Of a stretch of 64,000 nt of DNA, positions 1-12,877 are shown piece by piece. The stretch's first letter is position 1. Each line of letters starts with the position of its first letter. The translations under genes and the position numbers were made by a program. Source of the stretch: the human T2T-CHM13v2.0 reference genome, Homo sapiens; assembly GCF_009914755.1 (NCBI RefSeq), contig NC_060929.1, one strand, 5' to 3'. A model generated the notes under the pieces. That model searched no databases. It was not told the DNA's origin and saw nothing but the letters and a program-made list of their open reading frames with translations.

Positions 1-669
1 TTAATAACATGTTTCTCCAAAGTGAGTAAACTTGCAGAATTTGGGACAATGTTTAGCACTGAAGATTTCTATCTCAGAGAGCCCTAGCTAGTTATAGAAT
101 GAACTCTGCTCCAGTCTATCTTGTCTCCCACTTAGTCTGGTTGATAAAGGCAAGACATCAATCAGGAAAGAGCATAACTATCTAGTGCTTTAGGGAGAAA
201 TATGGACACCTTAGCAAGAACATGAAACTGTTATGGAATAATTTGAGTTTGGATGAACATAGATCAAAAACATAACTTCTTGGAAAATGTCACTGTCATA
301 GAAATCAGACCTTACACTGAAGGGATGTAGTTTCCTTAAAAGTTTCGAACTTGATTCCTTTTAACAAACACTAAAATGTTAAACATACCCTTAAAAGCCA
401 TGATATTTAAATGCACAAAATCTAAATGTTCAATAAAAACAAATTTTAGTTACATAAATACATGCGTGACACATCCAACTGCTCTGTCAACATTCTCTTT
501 CTCTGTAAATGGTACCAACATTCATCCTGTTAATCAAGGTGACCTCCAACAGTGCTGAATCATAGCTCTTCCTCCTATAACCCTCTTTCCTCCAGCAAAA
601 ATCTTTCCTCCTTTCCATTCCTTTTCATAGCTCATCCCCAAATAAGCAAAGTATGTAGCTGATATGGAA

Positions 670-1230
670 GACAGGTGGCTAAAAGCTGTGTTTCTGGATA
701 GTGTAGATGGGGACTTCAATCTTGATCTGCTACTCACCTGCCATACGACCTTGAAAATGACTAATTCACCCTTCTGAGTCTTTTTTTTTATTTCTTGAAA
801 TGCGGTTTCACTCTGTCACCAAGGCTGGAGTGCAGTGGCACAATCTCAGCTCACTGCAACCTTGTCTCCCAGGTTCAAGTGATCCTCCCACCTCAGCCTC
901 CCAAGTATCTGGGATTACAGGCATGCACCACCACACCTGGCTAATTTTTGTATTTTTAGTAGAAACCAGGTTTCATCATGTTGGCCAGGCTGATCTCGAA
1001 CTCCTGACCTCAAGTAATATGCCCGCCTTGGCCTCCCAATGTTCTGGGATTTCAGGTGTGAGCCACCACGCTGGGCCACCCTTCTGAGTCTAAATGTGCT
1101 CATCTGAACTGGAGATAAAAATAAAACTTACTTCATACTTTTGTGATAATTAACTAAAATAACATACATAATGCATTTGGCAATGAAGTATTAAATAAAA
1201 TTTAAATATTATTATTGAACTTATTATTAC
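670..1230 (+). mobile_element. MIR SINE, split by an Alu
   Basis: Degenerate MIR core (ctgctactcacctgccatacgaccttgaaaatgactaattcacccttctgagtct...gctcatctgaactggagataaaaataaaacttacttcata) is continuous across the Alu. Confidence 0.7.
781..1077 (-). mobile_element. Alu (AluS-like), full length
   Basis: Reverse-complement Alu dimer with poly(T); TSD acccttctgagtct at 768-781 and 1078-1091. Confidence 0.97.
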
Positions 1231-2334
1231 TACTAGATAATGGGCTAGCAGGGAGTCACAAAGAGCACATGTGAACTCATGTGAAAAAAATATTAAATAG
1301 GCTGCTCCATAATTGCATTGTAATATCTAAAAGCTACAGCAAAAATACATATTTATGTTTTCCTGCCTTCTGTACGAATAAAATGTTTTGACACCTAAAA
1401 ACAATTGACTTTTTAGGTTTGGGCAAGCAATTGAACACTACGTGACTGTCCAGACAATGCATGCCACTTTGCTTCATGTTTCACTGAACTTTCATTGACA
1501 TTTGTTTTAACATGGACCAAAGATGTATGAAGAAGGATAGAAGCAGACCCAGTTGGGAAGGCTGGGCATGAGTTCATAATGTGATATTTGCATGACACGG
1601 CATTACTTGTCCCTCACTTCTTGTCTGGAAAAAAAAAACCACCACAAAATGTAAACTACCAATGCATTCTTCTACTCCCAAAAAACCTATGCCTCCATCA
1701 GAGTTATCTCTCTAAAATGCAGAAAGAAATTTAATCCCCAATTGCAGATACATTCCCTGCCTCTGTAGAATTTAGCACAGCAACCAAGGCCATTCACCAG
1801 CCAATACTATGCCAGGCTAATCTATTGCTGTTTCTAATCGCAAATCCAAGACTCCAACCACCCCTTACTAATCAGAGCTCCCAATCGAGTGTGTCATACA
1901 ATCTCATATCATGGTTTATGCTTCTCAATCTATTGAAAATACCCAAAAAGACTGTTTCTTGACCTAGTAAAATCCACACCATCTTTCTCCTCCTCTGTAC
2001 CATATCAAGTTGTATTGGATTTTGTCACCTCTTTATGGGTCTGGCTAACAGAGTATTAGGGTGAAAAGTAGAACAAAATATTTCTTGCTTCGAGGCTTTG
2101 TGGTGCAGACCAAAGGGAAAATAACAAAATGTGGTGCCTGAGAATGAGAATGAAATTTAAATGTGGGGAGTCCAATCTGCTTTTTCCTATACCAATAGTT
2201 ATAAATTACCAAATACAACTACATAAATAAGATACAGAAGAGAAAAGATGAGGGGAGGTACTGGTGGGAGTCACAGAGCTAAAAATACAAAACAGATGCA
2301 GGCAATAGGAGGCCGTCTGATTGTCCTGGGATAG

Positions 2335-2472
2335 TATTGAGATAGAAATGGGGATGTGCCCCCCAGATTCCCCTTCAAGGAAGAATCTTTGTCTACCTAT
2401 CAGCAGATAAGCTTCTGACTACCAGCTCCTTCAGTCTTCCTCTCAGCCGCAAAGAGCTTCCTTGTCTAAGGG
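2335..2472 (+). mobile_element. ERVL LTR16-family 5' fragment
   Basis: gggatgtgccccccagattccccttcaagg...ctcagccgcaaagagcttccttgtctaagg resembles the LTR16 5' portion. Confidence 0.55.
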
Positions 2473-2479
2473 ACTTTGG

Positions 2480-3452
2480 AATCATCTTTGACTCCTATCT
2501 ATTGTAGTCCACACTCAATTGGCTGGCAAATACAGTTGGCTCTGCCTTTAAGCTTCTCATCATCACCTCTACCATTGCGATCTTAGTCTCAGTCAGTGGC
2601 TGTCACTGGGAATGGTTTTGCCTCCTAAGGGATATTTGGCAATGTCTGAAGATACTTCTTTCTTTTCATAAGTGCTGCAATGCTATTGGCATCTATTTGG
2701 CTCTCTACTCATTGATGAAGCCAATGATGCTGCTAAACATTCTACCATAAACAGGATGGCCTCCTACAAGAAAAATGATCTGGGATCAAAAGTCAACAGT
2801 GCTGAGACTGAGAAATGCTAATCTGAGCCACCATCGCCTCTTACCTGGGTGACGTCAGTACCTTCCTCTAGACTCCTCTGTTACCTTTTTCAGCCAGGGT
2901 TATCTTTCAAAAATATTAACTGGTTCACAGCACCCTACTCTCAATTCTTTAAGGTTCCTCATCACATTAAGAATAAAATTTAGAACTCTTGCCTTGCCCC
3001 CAAGGCCTGTTTGAGTTGGCCTCTGACTACTGCTCTGACCCATCTTTCTACTTCTCCTTCTATTCTCCCTGGATCACTATTTCCACGTCTCATTGGCCTT
3101 TTGGCGTTCCTCCAAAATGGTAGGCCCTCCTGGCTCAAGACGTGCATTCTCCCTTCATGTTTTTTCTGGGCCACTTTCTTCAGCTGTATGTTCAAGTGGC
3201 CCCTTTTCAGAGAGGCCTGCCATGACCACTGTATCTAAATTGCATCCTTCCCTTCATTGCCCATCACCCTTGTCCTGCTGTACTTTTCTTCACAGCACAT
3301 ATCATAATTCTAGATTGTATTTGTTTATCATTTATCTGCCACACTAGACAGCAAAGAACTTGGTCTTCTTTGGTCTCCACTATATCCCCAACACCTCAAA
3401 CAATTCTGGACATAATAGGTCCTGAATAAATATTTGTTAAATGAATGAATGT
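2480..3452 (+). mobile_element. L2 LINE 3' region, interrupted by MER20
   Basis: L2 ORF2/3'UTR-like motifs ending in the diagnostic tail aataaatatttgttaaatgaatgaatg. Confidence 0.85.
2594..2820 (+). mobile_element. MER20 (hAT-Charlie DNA transposon)
   Basis: cagtgg...gggatatttggcaatgtctgaaga...gatgctgctaaacattctac...gtcaacagtgctgagactgagaaa. Confidence 0.85.
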
Positions 3453-3884
3453 ATGAAGCTACTCACAACAGCTTTCTAAACATTTGTGTGGGTGAGTGGC
3501 TTAGTTTCAAGAGTAGCAGGGAGGGCATGGTGGACTGTTAGAATATAAGTTTCCCCCATAGACTCCTAGATCATTTCCGATATGGCATTAAACTATTTGT
3601 TCATTTATATTTCTTTCTACCATTAAATAATATAACATATTACCCACAACTGGGAACAATTCTGTATTTTCCTATTAGTTCTTATATTCCAGGTAATGAA
3701 CTTGAGCTTATTTCCTGATCAGAATTATGGTTAAAGCATGACTGCCAGGCATCTCCTAGTGTTGTGAATATATAATGCCATGTTCTCCATCTGTAATCTC
3801 CTTAAAGCTTCTTCAGCCTTCGCTGTCTTTCCTAAATCTTTCTATCACTATGAACTTTGTTGCTTCAATTCCAGAACATGTAGA

Positions 3885-4460
3885 GTTTCAAACAAAAAAC
3901 TCACACCAGAAAAAAGTTAAACGAGCAAGGAAAATTTTATTCAAGCTACTGCAATAGAGGAGATAAACTAACTGAACTCAACTTTACTGAAACACTAGGC
4001 AGGAGTGTTTTTAAGTACTGGGGCGAGCAAGTGGAAAAGTACTAGAGGACATTAGGGGTGAGATTAATTGATGGACATGTTGAGGACATTGAGTTATTTC
4101 TGAATTTGCAAATGTCTTCTTTTTCTCTGTGATTAAACCATCTGCATTTGTTAATTGACTTCCATCAAAATTAGACTCCTATCCTCCCACAAAGAATGGA
4201 GATGGCACAGGGCACCATCTTCTTTGATGTTTACACTTCAGAGATGGTTTCCAGGCCCTTAAGAAAGATATTTTCTTGGCTATAAAATTGGCAAAAGTCT
4301 GGAAATCGATTTACATATCAAAAGGACAGAGAAAGTATTTATAATTGTATTTTTCTAAAATTAATGCTCTAAGAAAAAGGGAAATCAGGGCCTATGGTCA
4401 AGAAGAAACCTGTCTAAAGTTTAGCCAACCCGAAAGGAACATTAAGTCGGCAGGGGTCAA
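3885..4460 (-). mobile_element. ERV1 solo LTR, MER67-like
   Basis: Reverse complement reads ctaaactttagacaggtttcttcttgaccataggccctgatttccctttttcttagagcatt...ctttctctgtccttttgatatgtaaatc. Confidence 0.7.
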
Positions 4461-4656
4461 GATTGCATTATTAGAACCGCTGCAGATGCATTCATTTTAG
4501 TCATTACAGTTGTTGACTAGAAGTCTCCATTATTGAATTCCTATCCCCATTTCCACGAAATCAATCATCTATTATAACACATGTGTGCTTATGTGTTGTG
4601 TGTGTCTTTATAAAGGACCTTTGGGGACTTAGAAAGGGTTCTTGTTGTTTTCCCTG

Positions 4657-5023
4657 CTTACAATAGACTCAATGTTTGTGTCCTTGCAAAATTAATATGT
4701 TGAAACATTAATCACAATGTGATGTTATTAGAGATAGGGCCTTTGGACAGTACTTAGATCATGAGAATGGAGTCATCATTAATGGTTATCAGTATCCTTA
4801 GAATAAGAGGCCAGAAATCTAGGTAGCTCTCTTTCAGCCATATGGGGATACAATGAGAAGTCAGCAAGCTTGCAACCTGGAAGGAGGCCCTCACCAGAAA
4901 ATGACCATGCTAGCACCTTGATCTTGGGCTTCCCAAACTACAGAACTGTGAGAATTAAGTGTTTGTTGTTTATGCCATTTAGTGTATGATATTTTGTTAT
5001 GACAGCCTGAGCTGGCTAAGACA
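4657..5023 (+). mobile_element. MaLR solo LTR, MLT1A/A0-like
   Basis: aatgtttgtgtcc...ggccctcaccagaaaatgaccatgctagcaccttgatcttgg...gctaagaca. Confidence 0.9.
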
Positions 5024-5905
5024 TTGCTATGGGCTCTATTTATAAGCAAGATTATCTCCCACATTAACTTCAATATAATCATTGATATTATCATTAATTT
5101 TTTCAACAAGTGAGGTTCTATAGTGGACTTCCAGACCTGGCCTGGCAATTGCCAAAAGCAGAAATTTCAAGGACAGCAAGAAACCCTCACTAGATTCCCT
5201 CATCTTTGTGGCCTCCGTAGAAAATGTGCTGGGGCTATGTCTGAGCATGTTGATTGTAAATTCTCAATGGAATTTCAGAAAATTACCCTGGAGCTTCACA
5301 GGTCTTGCAGCTCATAAGACTACATTCAAACAGCTTTCTCAAATTAAAAAGTCACTATTAATTCTGTGATTCAAGTAATTGAGTGCCTGAGGAAAGAAAG
5401 CCGCTGCAATGGAGAAGGAATGCAGACCTTCAAGCTGCTGTCTTGCTTTGGCTCAGCGGATGCTCCAAAGTTGAGATAATAGTGATGTATGCCCCCATGC
5501 TTCTCCAGAGCACTGAGCAAGAGTATGATCCCTGAGTTTGAGAATAGAGCCTCTTGGGTTCATGGGGCACAGAACTAAGTCAGCTAAGACTTCCATTGCT
5601 GACCTCATTTTCTACCCGCTCAGCAGAAAAAGTAATATATTCTGTTCTTCCAAATTAATCTTCTAAGTCACTTAAAAAAATAAATCTCATGCAAGTGGAT
5701 CTTCCATGTAATAACAAAATTAATTGGATAAGGTTGTTGGAGAGGGAGGCCTTCAAGATCATGAGAAAGAAATGAAAGGCAGTATGCAAGAAGCAGAAAA
5801 ATACATATATATTAAATATATATATATATATAACCTCAGCTCATATTCAATGGTGATTAACACAGAGAAAGAGAGCACTTTGCACACATTAGCTTATTAA
5901 TTTTC

Positions 5906-5981
5906 ACTATAATGCTTTTTTCATTACCACTGTAGTAGATTGGAATATTGCCCCAATTCTTCACTACCTTATTATAAATTA
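5906..5981 (+). repeat. Left arm of an inverted duplication (partner 8030-8105)
   Basis: 5931-5966 is the exact reverse complement of 8044-8079; flanks match with a few mismatches. Confidence 0.9.
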
Positions 5982-7607
5982 CAGAGACAACCACCGCCCC
6001 CCGCCAACAATTTCCACCTGCCCACATGTAAATAAAGCTCGGTGTTCAAAACACGTTCTTAAAATGTTGAGAGCTGGAAACTGAATTAAACATTTATGTT
6101 TCTGCCTGCTTATGGAAAATTCGTATTTCCATTTTACAATGTTTTCTGGAATTGGACTTTCTCAAAGCTTTCTTTTACAAAATGGAGAAAAATGCACACA
6201 AACTGAGATGATCTCATGCCACTAAGAAATGAGCTGTTTAACAATAATGTGAAGGATTTCACTGAATATAGAATTCCAATAAGACTTATATTTATATTTC
6301 TCCTCTTTATGAAAATAGTAACAAGCCAGTAGCTTGTCCATAAAATTAAGTATACAAATGCTCTATTTTCTTGCTAGTTCTCTTCCCCAATAGTAACAGT
6401 ATAGCACTTACACATCAATTGTCCCATAACCTTAAATGAAGCAATAGTTATAGTCAGCAAGGTCAGAACAGACATACATCAGGTGGAGCTTTGAGAGTAA
6501 ATATTTCACCTCACCTAAAAACTATTACTTCAGATAATATGTACTGACTATTGTAAAGTACCAGCTATTATACTAAGCATGGAGCATTATGTAATTTATG
6601 CAAAGCTATATAAGTCTGCCTGGGCTACTTAAGTTAGTTTCTATTCTAAGTCATAAACTTTATATTAAATGGTATATACCTTTTAAAGAAAGAGTACATT
6701 TATATGATTCAAAAATTAAAACTTATATATATATATACACACACACATATAGTGTCCTTCCAACCCTTGTCCAAATCCACCCAATTTTCACCACCATCTT
6801 GTATCATGACAGATGATTAAAATTTGTCATCTTTTGTGTATCATACCAAAGTTCTTTTTGCATATCTCTATTTATTTTAGTTTAATAAATAATTCTCAGC
6901 CTAAAAAGCTTGTGTAAAAGAGAATAAAGCAATATTTCAATAAAAGCAAAAACTAGTTTGATGATAAAATACTTTTTACTGAAATATATACATTTTTCTA
7001 TATCACCTTTTCTTAATACAGCTGAAGTTTTATAATTCTCATATTTCACTACTTCATTTTTAGCTAGGGGTTCAATCCAGAAACGTGCCCATTTGTCTCA
7101 AACAGGTTTGGCAAATAATTGTGAATTAAACCTAAAGGGGAATCTAATTTCTAAATAGCAAGCATAAATAGAAATGAATTTGCAATGTTATTCTCAAATT
7201 TAGTGTTGATGTTTCACAGGTATGCTAATTAATTAGAGGATCAGACCTTATCAGACCTGAAAGGCCCTTTGAGAATTCATGTCAAAATAGAGTTCTAACT
7301 TTCTCTGTTACATTAGTAACTGAGATTGCCACTGCAAAGGAAGGAAAGAGATTACCGGTAATTATTATCCAAACTGAAATAAGAAGCAGAATTGCCAAAA
7401 ATGAAAGTAGGACAAGTTCATACCTTACTATCAGGAAAATTTTATTGGACCTTGATTTGATGTCCTATATTTAACTTCATCTTTCAAATAATATTATCTC
7501 TGACTTCCAAAGAGTGACAATGTAGATAAATGCTTGAAAGGCTAAAATTAGTACAAAAGTCTCATAACAACTTGTCAAGATTAAAATATGTGTCATAAGA
7601 ACATTGT

Positions 7608-8079
7608 TGTGTTTCTCAGTTGGTGATCATTTTAGTTGAATGTTGCTGTAATAACCTTGTATAACAAAGCACACCCAAATCCAGTGGCTTGTAACAACAA
7701 ACTTTCATTTTTCTCCCCCATACTTTTGCAGGTTGGTTATGATGGCTCAACTCAGGCTATGGGTCAGCTGGACTTGGCTCTAGGCTACATATGGACTTCA
7801 AATCTGTGTCATTCATCTCTACCTTGTCATTGAGCAAACCCAGAGCATGTTCTTCTCAAAGGGAATGGCAAAAGCACAAGAAAGCAAGGCAAAATAACAT
7901 CAGCATATTTAAGCCTGCAGTTTGTGTCTCATCTCACGCAATGATACAACTCACATGGCCACACCCAATATGGAGCATATGCTGTGCCTACAGTGGGAGG
8001 GTACTTCAAATCTCTGTGGAAAAAGTGAATAATTTATAGAAGATAGTGAAGAATTGGGGCAATATTCCAATCTACTACA
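7608..8079 (-). mobile_element. Old MaLR solo LTR, MLT1H/I/J-like
   Basis: ataacaaagcacacccaaatccagtggcttgtaacaacaaa...catgttcttctc...caatctactaca; approximate TSD attgt/atggt. Confidence 0.75.
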
Positions 8080-8499
8080 ATGGTAAAGAAAATAAGCATG
8101 ATAGTTTCAGAGGTTAGAGTCTTTGGCAAAACTTTGGCATATCTTGACTGTCTAGCTGTAGAAAAATACCAAGAATTGTGTATAGAAAGCCAAAGCCAGA
8201 TAATAGGTTAAATGCTAGCTTTAGTCTGCAGTTATATTTATAAATTTATTCAGGCATTGGTTCTTCTAAAAAATATCAAATGGTTCCTGATTGCTCTTCC
8301 AAAAACTACCAAATGCTGTGTAATTTTCAAACGCATTATCTAAATGTGACAATGGAGACACATTTGTGAGAAACAATTAAGCCGTGTCCCAATAGATGTC
8401 ACACCTAGTAGTGAAAGACACTTAGAATGTGTAAGTAAAAATGCTTTGAATGTTAGAAAACAGAATTATCTATTGTTATGCAAGCATTAAATACAAGAC

Positions 8500-9720
8500 C
8501 TTAATGTAGTCTATACAGTGTCATCACCAGATTTGATGTTTGTAAATATCACTCTGTCTTGTATTGTAGTGAATAAATTAAAGGTAGTCACAGATCAGGA
8601 ATGGATAGGGTAGACAAATTAAGAAATCACAGGAGTAGCTTAAGAGAATAATATTAATAGCTTGGACTAGGATGGTTGCAGGCAAGAAAAAGAATGAAAA
8701 GTTTAGGAAATAGATCCAACATATTTGATATTGGATTAATGAATGTGGAGGTGAGAGAGTTAGGGAACTCAAAGGTAGCGCCAAGGCTCTCACTTAGGTA
8801 TTGAAACAGATGACATGCTTTGCTTGGATGTGAACAGCAGTGGAGGAAAAATAGATAAGGAAGATTGTAAGTATTGTGTAAGACGTAAATGTGAAGTGTA
8901 CATTTGGGATATACAATGGAAGGTATATAGTACACATTTGAAAATGTGGTCTGAAGTTCAGAAGAGATCTCTGGTCTAGAGACGTAAATGTAAAAGTTAT
9001 ATGCATAAAAACGGTGATTGAAGACATAGGAGTAATGAGATTGCCTAAATATGGATTTAAAAGAAAAAAAAGGAGCCTTAAAATAAATGCTGAGGAACAC
9101 CAATATTCAATGGTCTGGCAGAGGAGGTTGAACCTGAAAAGTCATTTTAGGAGGAGATAACAGAGAAACACATTTAGGAAAATACAAGTGACAAAGCCAA
9201 GGAGGAAAAATTGTTTCTAAAAGGAGGAAGTGGTCAGAAGTATATAGTGCTGCTGAGAAGGAAATATGTCAGGTGAGAAGCACCCACTGGATTTCATGAC
9301 CTGGAAGTAATTGGTGACCTATACAGCAGCTTTAGATGAGATGAGGCATAGAAAGTAGTGTAATATAATAGAAATGAGAAGATGGTGGGGAGAGTACATA
9401 GCAAGTGTAGAAATTCATTTTGTGGATGAAATCAAATATAGACCCAGAGGCCATGTGGAGTTTAGAGAAGACACTGAGCATGTTTAAATTATGATGGGAC
9501 TGAGGCAGTAATGAGGCAGACTTTGCAGATAAGAAGACAAGGTGCATAATCAATAAAGCGGAGCACTTGTAAGGCTCAGGAATGAGATCCAGGGTGCAAG
9601 TGGAGATAATGGTCTGAGTAGAAAGGAAGATCATGACCTCCATTGAATTAGGAGAAACAGATTGATGTAGGTAGAAGCAGGTTTATACATTTTGTTGTCA
9701 GAAGTAGACATATTTCTCTT
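8500..9720 (-). mobile_element. L2 LINE ORF2 relic
   Basis: Purine-rich antisense L2 motifs (tctgaagttcagaagagatctctggtctagaga; ccaatattcaatggtctggcagaggagg; gctgctgagaagg; ttggtgacct). Confidence 0.75.
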
Positions 9721-10499
9721 CTAAGACTAATATTATATTTAATTCATAGTAGATCAGGTCAGTTCCTGGGGATGAAGAATGACCACTAATAATTACAGTT
9801 ACTACTTGCTGAGGATATACCATGTGCCAGCCATTGTTTAATAGAGGCCAGGAGGGGCCACTTAGTCACTAGAAGACAGAAGTATTCAATTACCATAATT
9901 GTCAGCAAAATCTGAGCACAGGTCAAGGGGACTTACTAAAAGTAACACTATGCCTGCCGAGAGGCAAAAAATAAATGGGCAGCCATTCAGAAAAAATAGA
10001 CAAAACTGGGGGAACATTGAGAGATGTCAGTGAGGATAGTGGAGTACAAAGCTCTGAAAATATTTTATTTATTAAAAAAAATGAGAATATTGGCAAAAAA
10101 ATGCAAATTAAATTTTTCACGACTCTGACAATTAATCAAAGACTTGCAACAATCCAGAGAGCACTTCTTTGAAAAAATTACTGAATCTTGCTAAGAGAAG
10201 TAAGTCCTGGTATTTTAACTTACGCTATTCCTATTCCTATTCCCATCTCCCCAGTTCTGTGGGAGCCTCGAAAACCAGCAATATCACAATCACAATGAAA
10301 ACCAGAAGACTAGCAACCACTGGAAGGGTTCAATGTGTTTGACTCTCTTCTCTCCTCTCCTCTTAAACCCCAGTTTCCAGGAAAATGTCATTATTTGATC
10401 TCTCTGGAAGTTCCCTGGGAAACTCCATTTGCAGAGCTTGTCTTTATTTGACCTGACTCAGAGTTTACCTGATGCAAACAGCCTTTTTTCTCATGAGTG

Positions 10500-10504
<5 letters not shown>

Positions 10505-10536
<32 letters not shown>

Positions 10537-10559
10537 AAGAAAGAAAGAAGGAAAGAAAA
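10505..10559 (+). repeat. poly(A)/(GAAA)n simple repeat
   Basis: Direct reading. Confidence 0.95.
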
Positions 10560-11004
10560 CAGTACAATTGTTTAACATCATTGTTGACTGTGGCAGTGAT
10601 AACAATGGGGCAAAAAATAAGCTGATCCAAAGAAATTTTAAAAGAACAGCTTGTGAATTAGGGGTCCATAGAAGACTTTGAAAAGCTTCAACATATTTCA
10701 GGGAATCTGAAAGGCCATGCACTGGCATAGGGCTATGTGTATGCTCAGGAAACCTCAGAAAAGGCTGTAAATTATCATCCCCCGCTGATTTTAAGGCTCT
10801 TTGCAAGAAGGAAGTTAAGGCTAAGAGTTGTAAACTGACTGACAGAGATGTGCCAGCACACATAGAGAAACCCTCAGCAAGGCTCAGAGACATTGATTCC
10901 AAGAATTTGGGTAAATCATCATTAGCTGACCACTTAGCTAACCAAGCAGAGGCTTTATTAGCCACACATCACCAAGAAAGCAGACTTTAAAAAAAATAAA
11001 TTCC

Positions 11005-11235
11005 GGCTGGGTGCGGTGGCTCACGCCTGTAATCCCAGCACTTTGGGAGGCTGAGGCGGGTGGGTCACGAGGTCAGGAGATAGAGACAATCCTGGCTAAA
11101 ATGGTGAAACCCTGTCTCTACTAAAAATGCAGAAAATTAGCCGGGCGTGGTGCCAGAGCTTGCAGTGAGCCGAGATCGCACCGCTGCACTCCGGCCTGGG
11201 CGACGAGAGAGACTCTGTCTCAAAAAAATAAATAA
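11005..11235 (+). mobile_element. AluY-like element with ~70 bp internal deletion
   Basis: Y-type diagnostics (tcacgaggtcaggagat, gagcttgcagtgagccgagatcgc); right arm jumps ggcgtggtg|ccagagcttgcag; TSD aaataaattc. Confidence 0.95.
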
Positions 11236-11566
11236 ATAAATTCAGAAAAGTGACCAAACAAAGCAACAACAGTAGAATAATAGCAGCAAACAGCAGCAAT
11301 AGTAAACTCTGAAGTGACTAACAAAGCAATGGCAACAGAATAGCAGCCAACAACAGCAATAAACCCTGAAGGAGCAGGGAGAATCTGATTTCCAGAGCTG
11401 CTACTTTATATATTTTAAATGTCCAGATTTAGCCAAAAATTTAAGGTACATACAATGAAACAAGAAAACTATTGCCCATACATAGAGGGAAAAAAAAAGC
11501 AGTCAATGGAAACTTCTTGAGTAAATTTAGACTTTCGATTTACTAGACAAACATTTAAAATCAGCT

Positions 11567-12135
11567 TTTTACAAATTATTTTTATTTTACTTTAAGTTCT
11601 GGGATACACGTGCAGAACGTGCAGGTTTGCTACATAGGTGTACATGTGCCGTAGTGATTTGCTGCACCTATCAACCCATCATCTAGGTTTTAAGACACGC
11701 ACGCATTAGGTATTTGTCCTAACGCTCTCCCTCCTCTTGCCCCCAGCCCCCAACAGGCCCTGGTGTGTGATGTTCCCCTCTCTGTATCCATGTGTTCTCA
11801 TTGTTCAACTCCCACTTATGACTTAGAACATGCAGTGTTTGGTTTTCTGTTCCTGTGTTGGTTTGCTGAGGATGATGGTTTCCAGTTTCATCCACGTCCC
11901 TGCAAAGGACATGAACTCACTCTTTTTTATGGCTGCATAGTATGCCATGGTGTATATGTGCCACATTTTCTTTATCCAGTCTATCATTGATGGGCATTTG
12001 TGTTGGTTCCAAGTCTTTGCTACTGTAAATAGTGCTTCAATAAACATACATGTGTATGTGTCTTTGTAGTAGAACGATTTATAATCCTTGGGGTATATAC
12101 CAAGAATGGGATTGCTGGGTCAAATGGTATTTCTG
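11567..12135 (-). mobile_element. 5'-truncated L1PA (L1PA7/8-like) 3' end
   Basis: ORF2 C-terminus (MFIEALFTVAKTWNQHKCPSMIDWIKKMWHIYTMAYYAAIKK) plus 3'UTR; TSD taaaatcagct/taaaaccagct. Confidence 0.95.
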
Positions 12136-12877
12136 TAAAACCAGCTATTTTTAATATGCTAAAAAAACAACAAAAAAAAGTCTTAAAAACAGTGAAAGAA
12201 ACATATGAGAATAATGTATTGACAGATAATATCAGTAGAAATATAAATTATTAAAATATAGAAATTATGAAGTTGAAAAGTACAATAACATGTTAAAATT
12301 TTGCTAGAGAAGCCCAATAACTGAATAGAGCTGGCAGAAGAAAGAATCAGCAAACTTGAAGAAGAATGCTCAATTGAGATTACCCAGCTTGACAAACAGA
12401 AAGAAAAAGAAAAATAAATAGAGCCTCAGAGACCTATGAGGTGCCATCAGCATACCAACCTACATAAAATGGGAGTCCAAGATTGAGAGTTGAGAGAAAA
12501 GGGGGCTGAAACAAAATTTCAAAAAATGATGACCAAAAACTCCCCAAATTTGATGAAAAGTAGTATTCTACACATTCAAGAAACATAATGAACTCCAAAT
12601 AATATAAACTCAAAGATATTCACACTAGACATGTCATAAACAAATGTCAGAAAACAAAGATAAAATCTTGAAAGCAGCAAAGAGAAGCAATTCATCATAT
12701 GAAAGGGATCCTCAATAAGGTTAAAATCGGTTTCTCTTCAGGAGTCATGGAGGAGAGCATACAGTGGGAAGCCATACCCTACGTGCTAGAAAATAGACTG
12801 TCAACAAAGAATTCTGTAATCAGAAAAAAATCCTCAAAACTAAAGGAGAAATGAAGACATTCCCAGATAAACAATTC

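Larger units (their letters stand above)
10015..12875 (+). mobile_element. Old L1M (L1MC/MD-type) 5'UTR and degraded ORF1, carrying Alu and L1PA inserts
   Basis: ORF1-like DNA at 12250-12875 (gaagaaagaatcagcaaacttgaaga; aaaatcttgaaagcagca; translates KGEMKTFPDKQ); L1M 5'UTR-like sequence upstream. Confidence 0.8.

Noticed and set aside
800-1103. Alu-derived ORFs (also at 34240, 42071, 46409, 52614)
   Set aside because: Typical Alu translation artefacts.
8654-9103. 149 aa ORF
   Set aside because: Lies within a degraded L2; no recognisable intact domain.
10465-10965. 166 aa ORF
   Set aside because: Antisense to an L1M 5'UTR and runs through a poly(T) tract giving poly-Phe.
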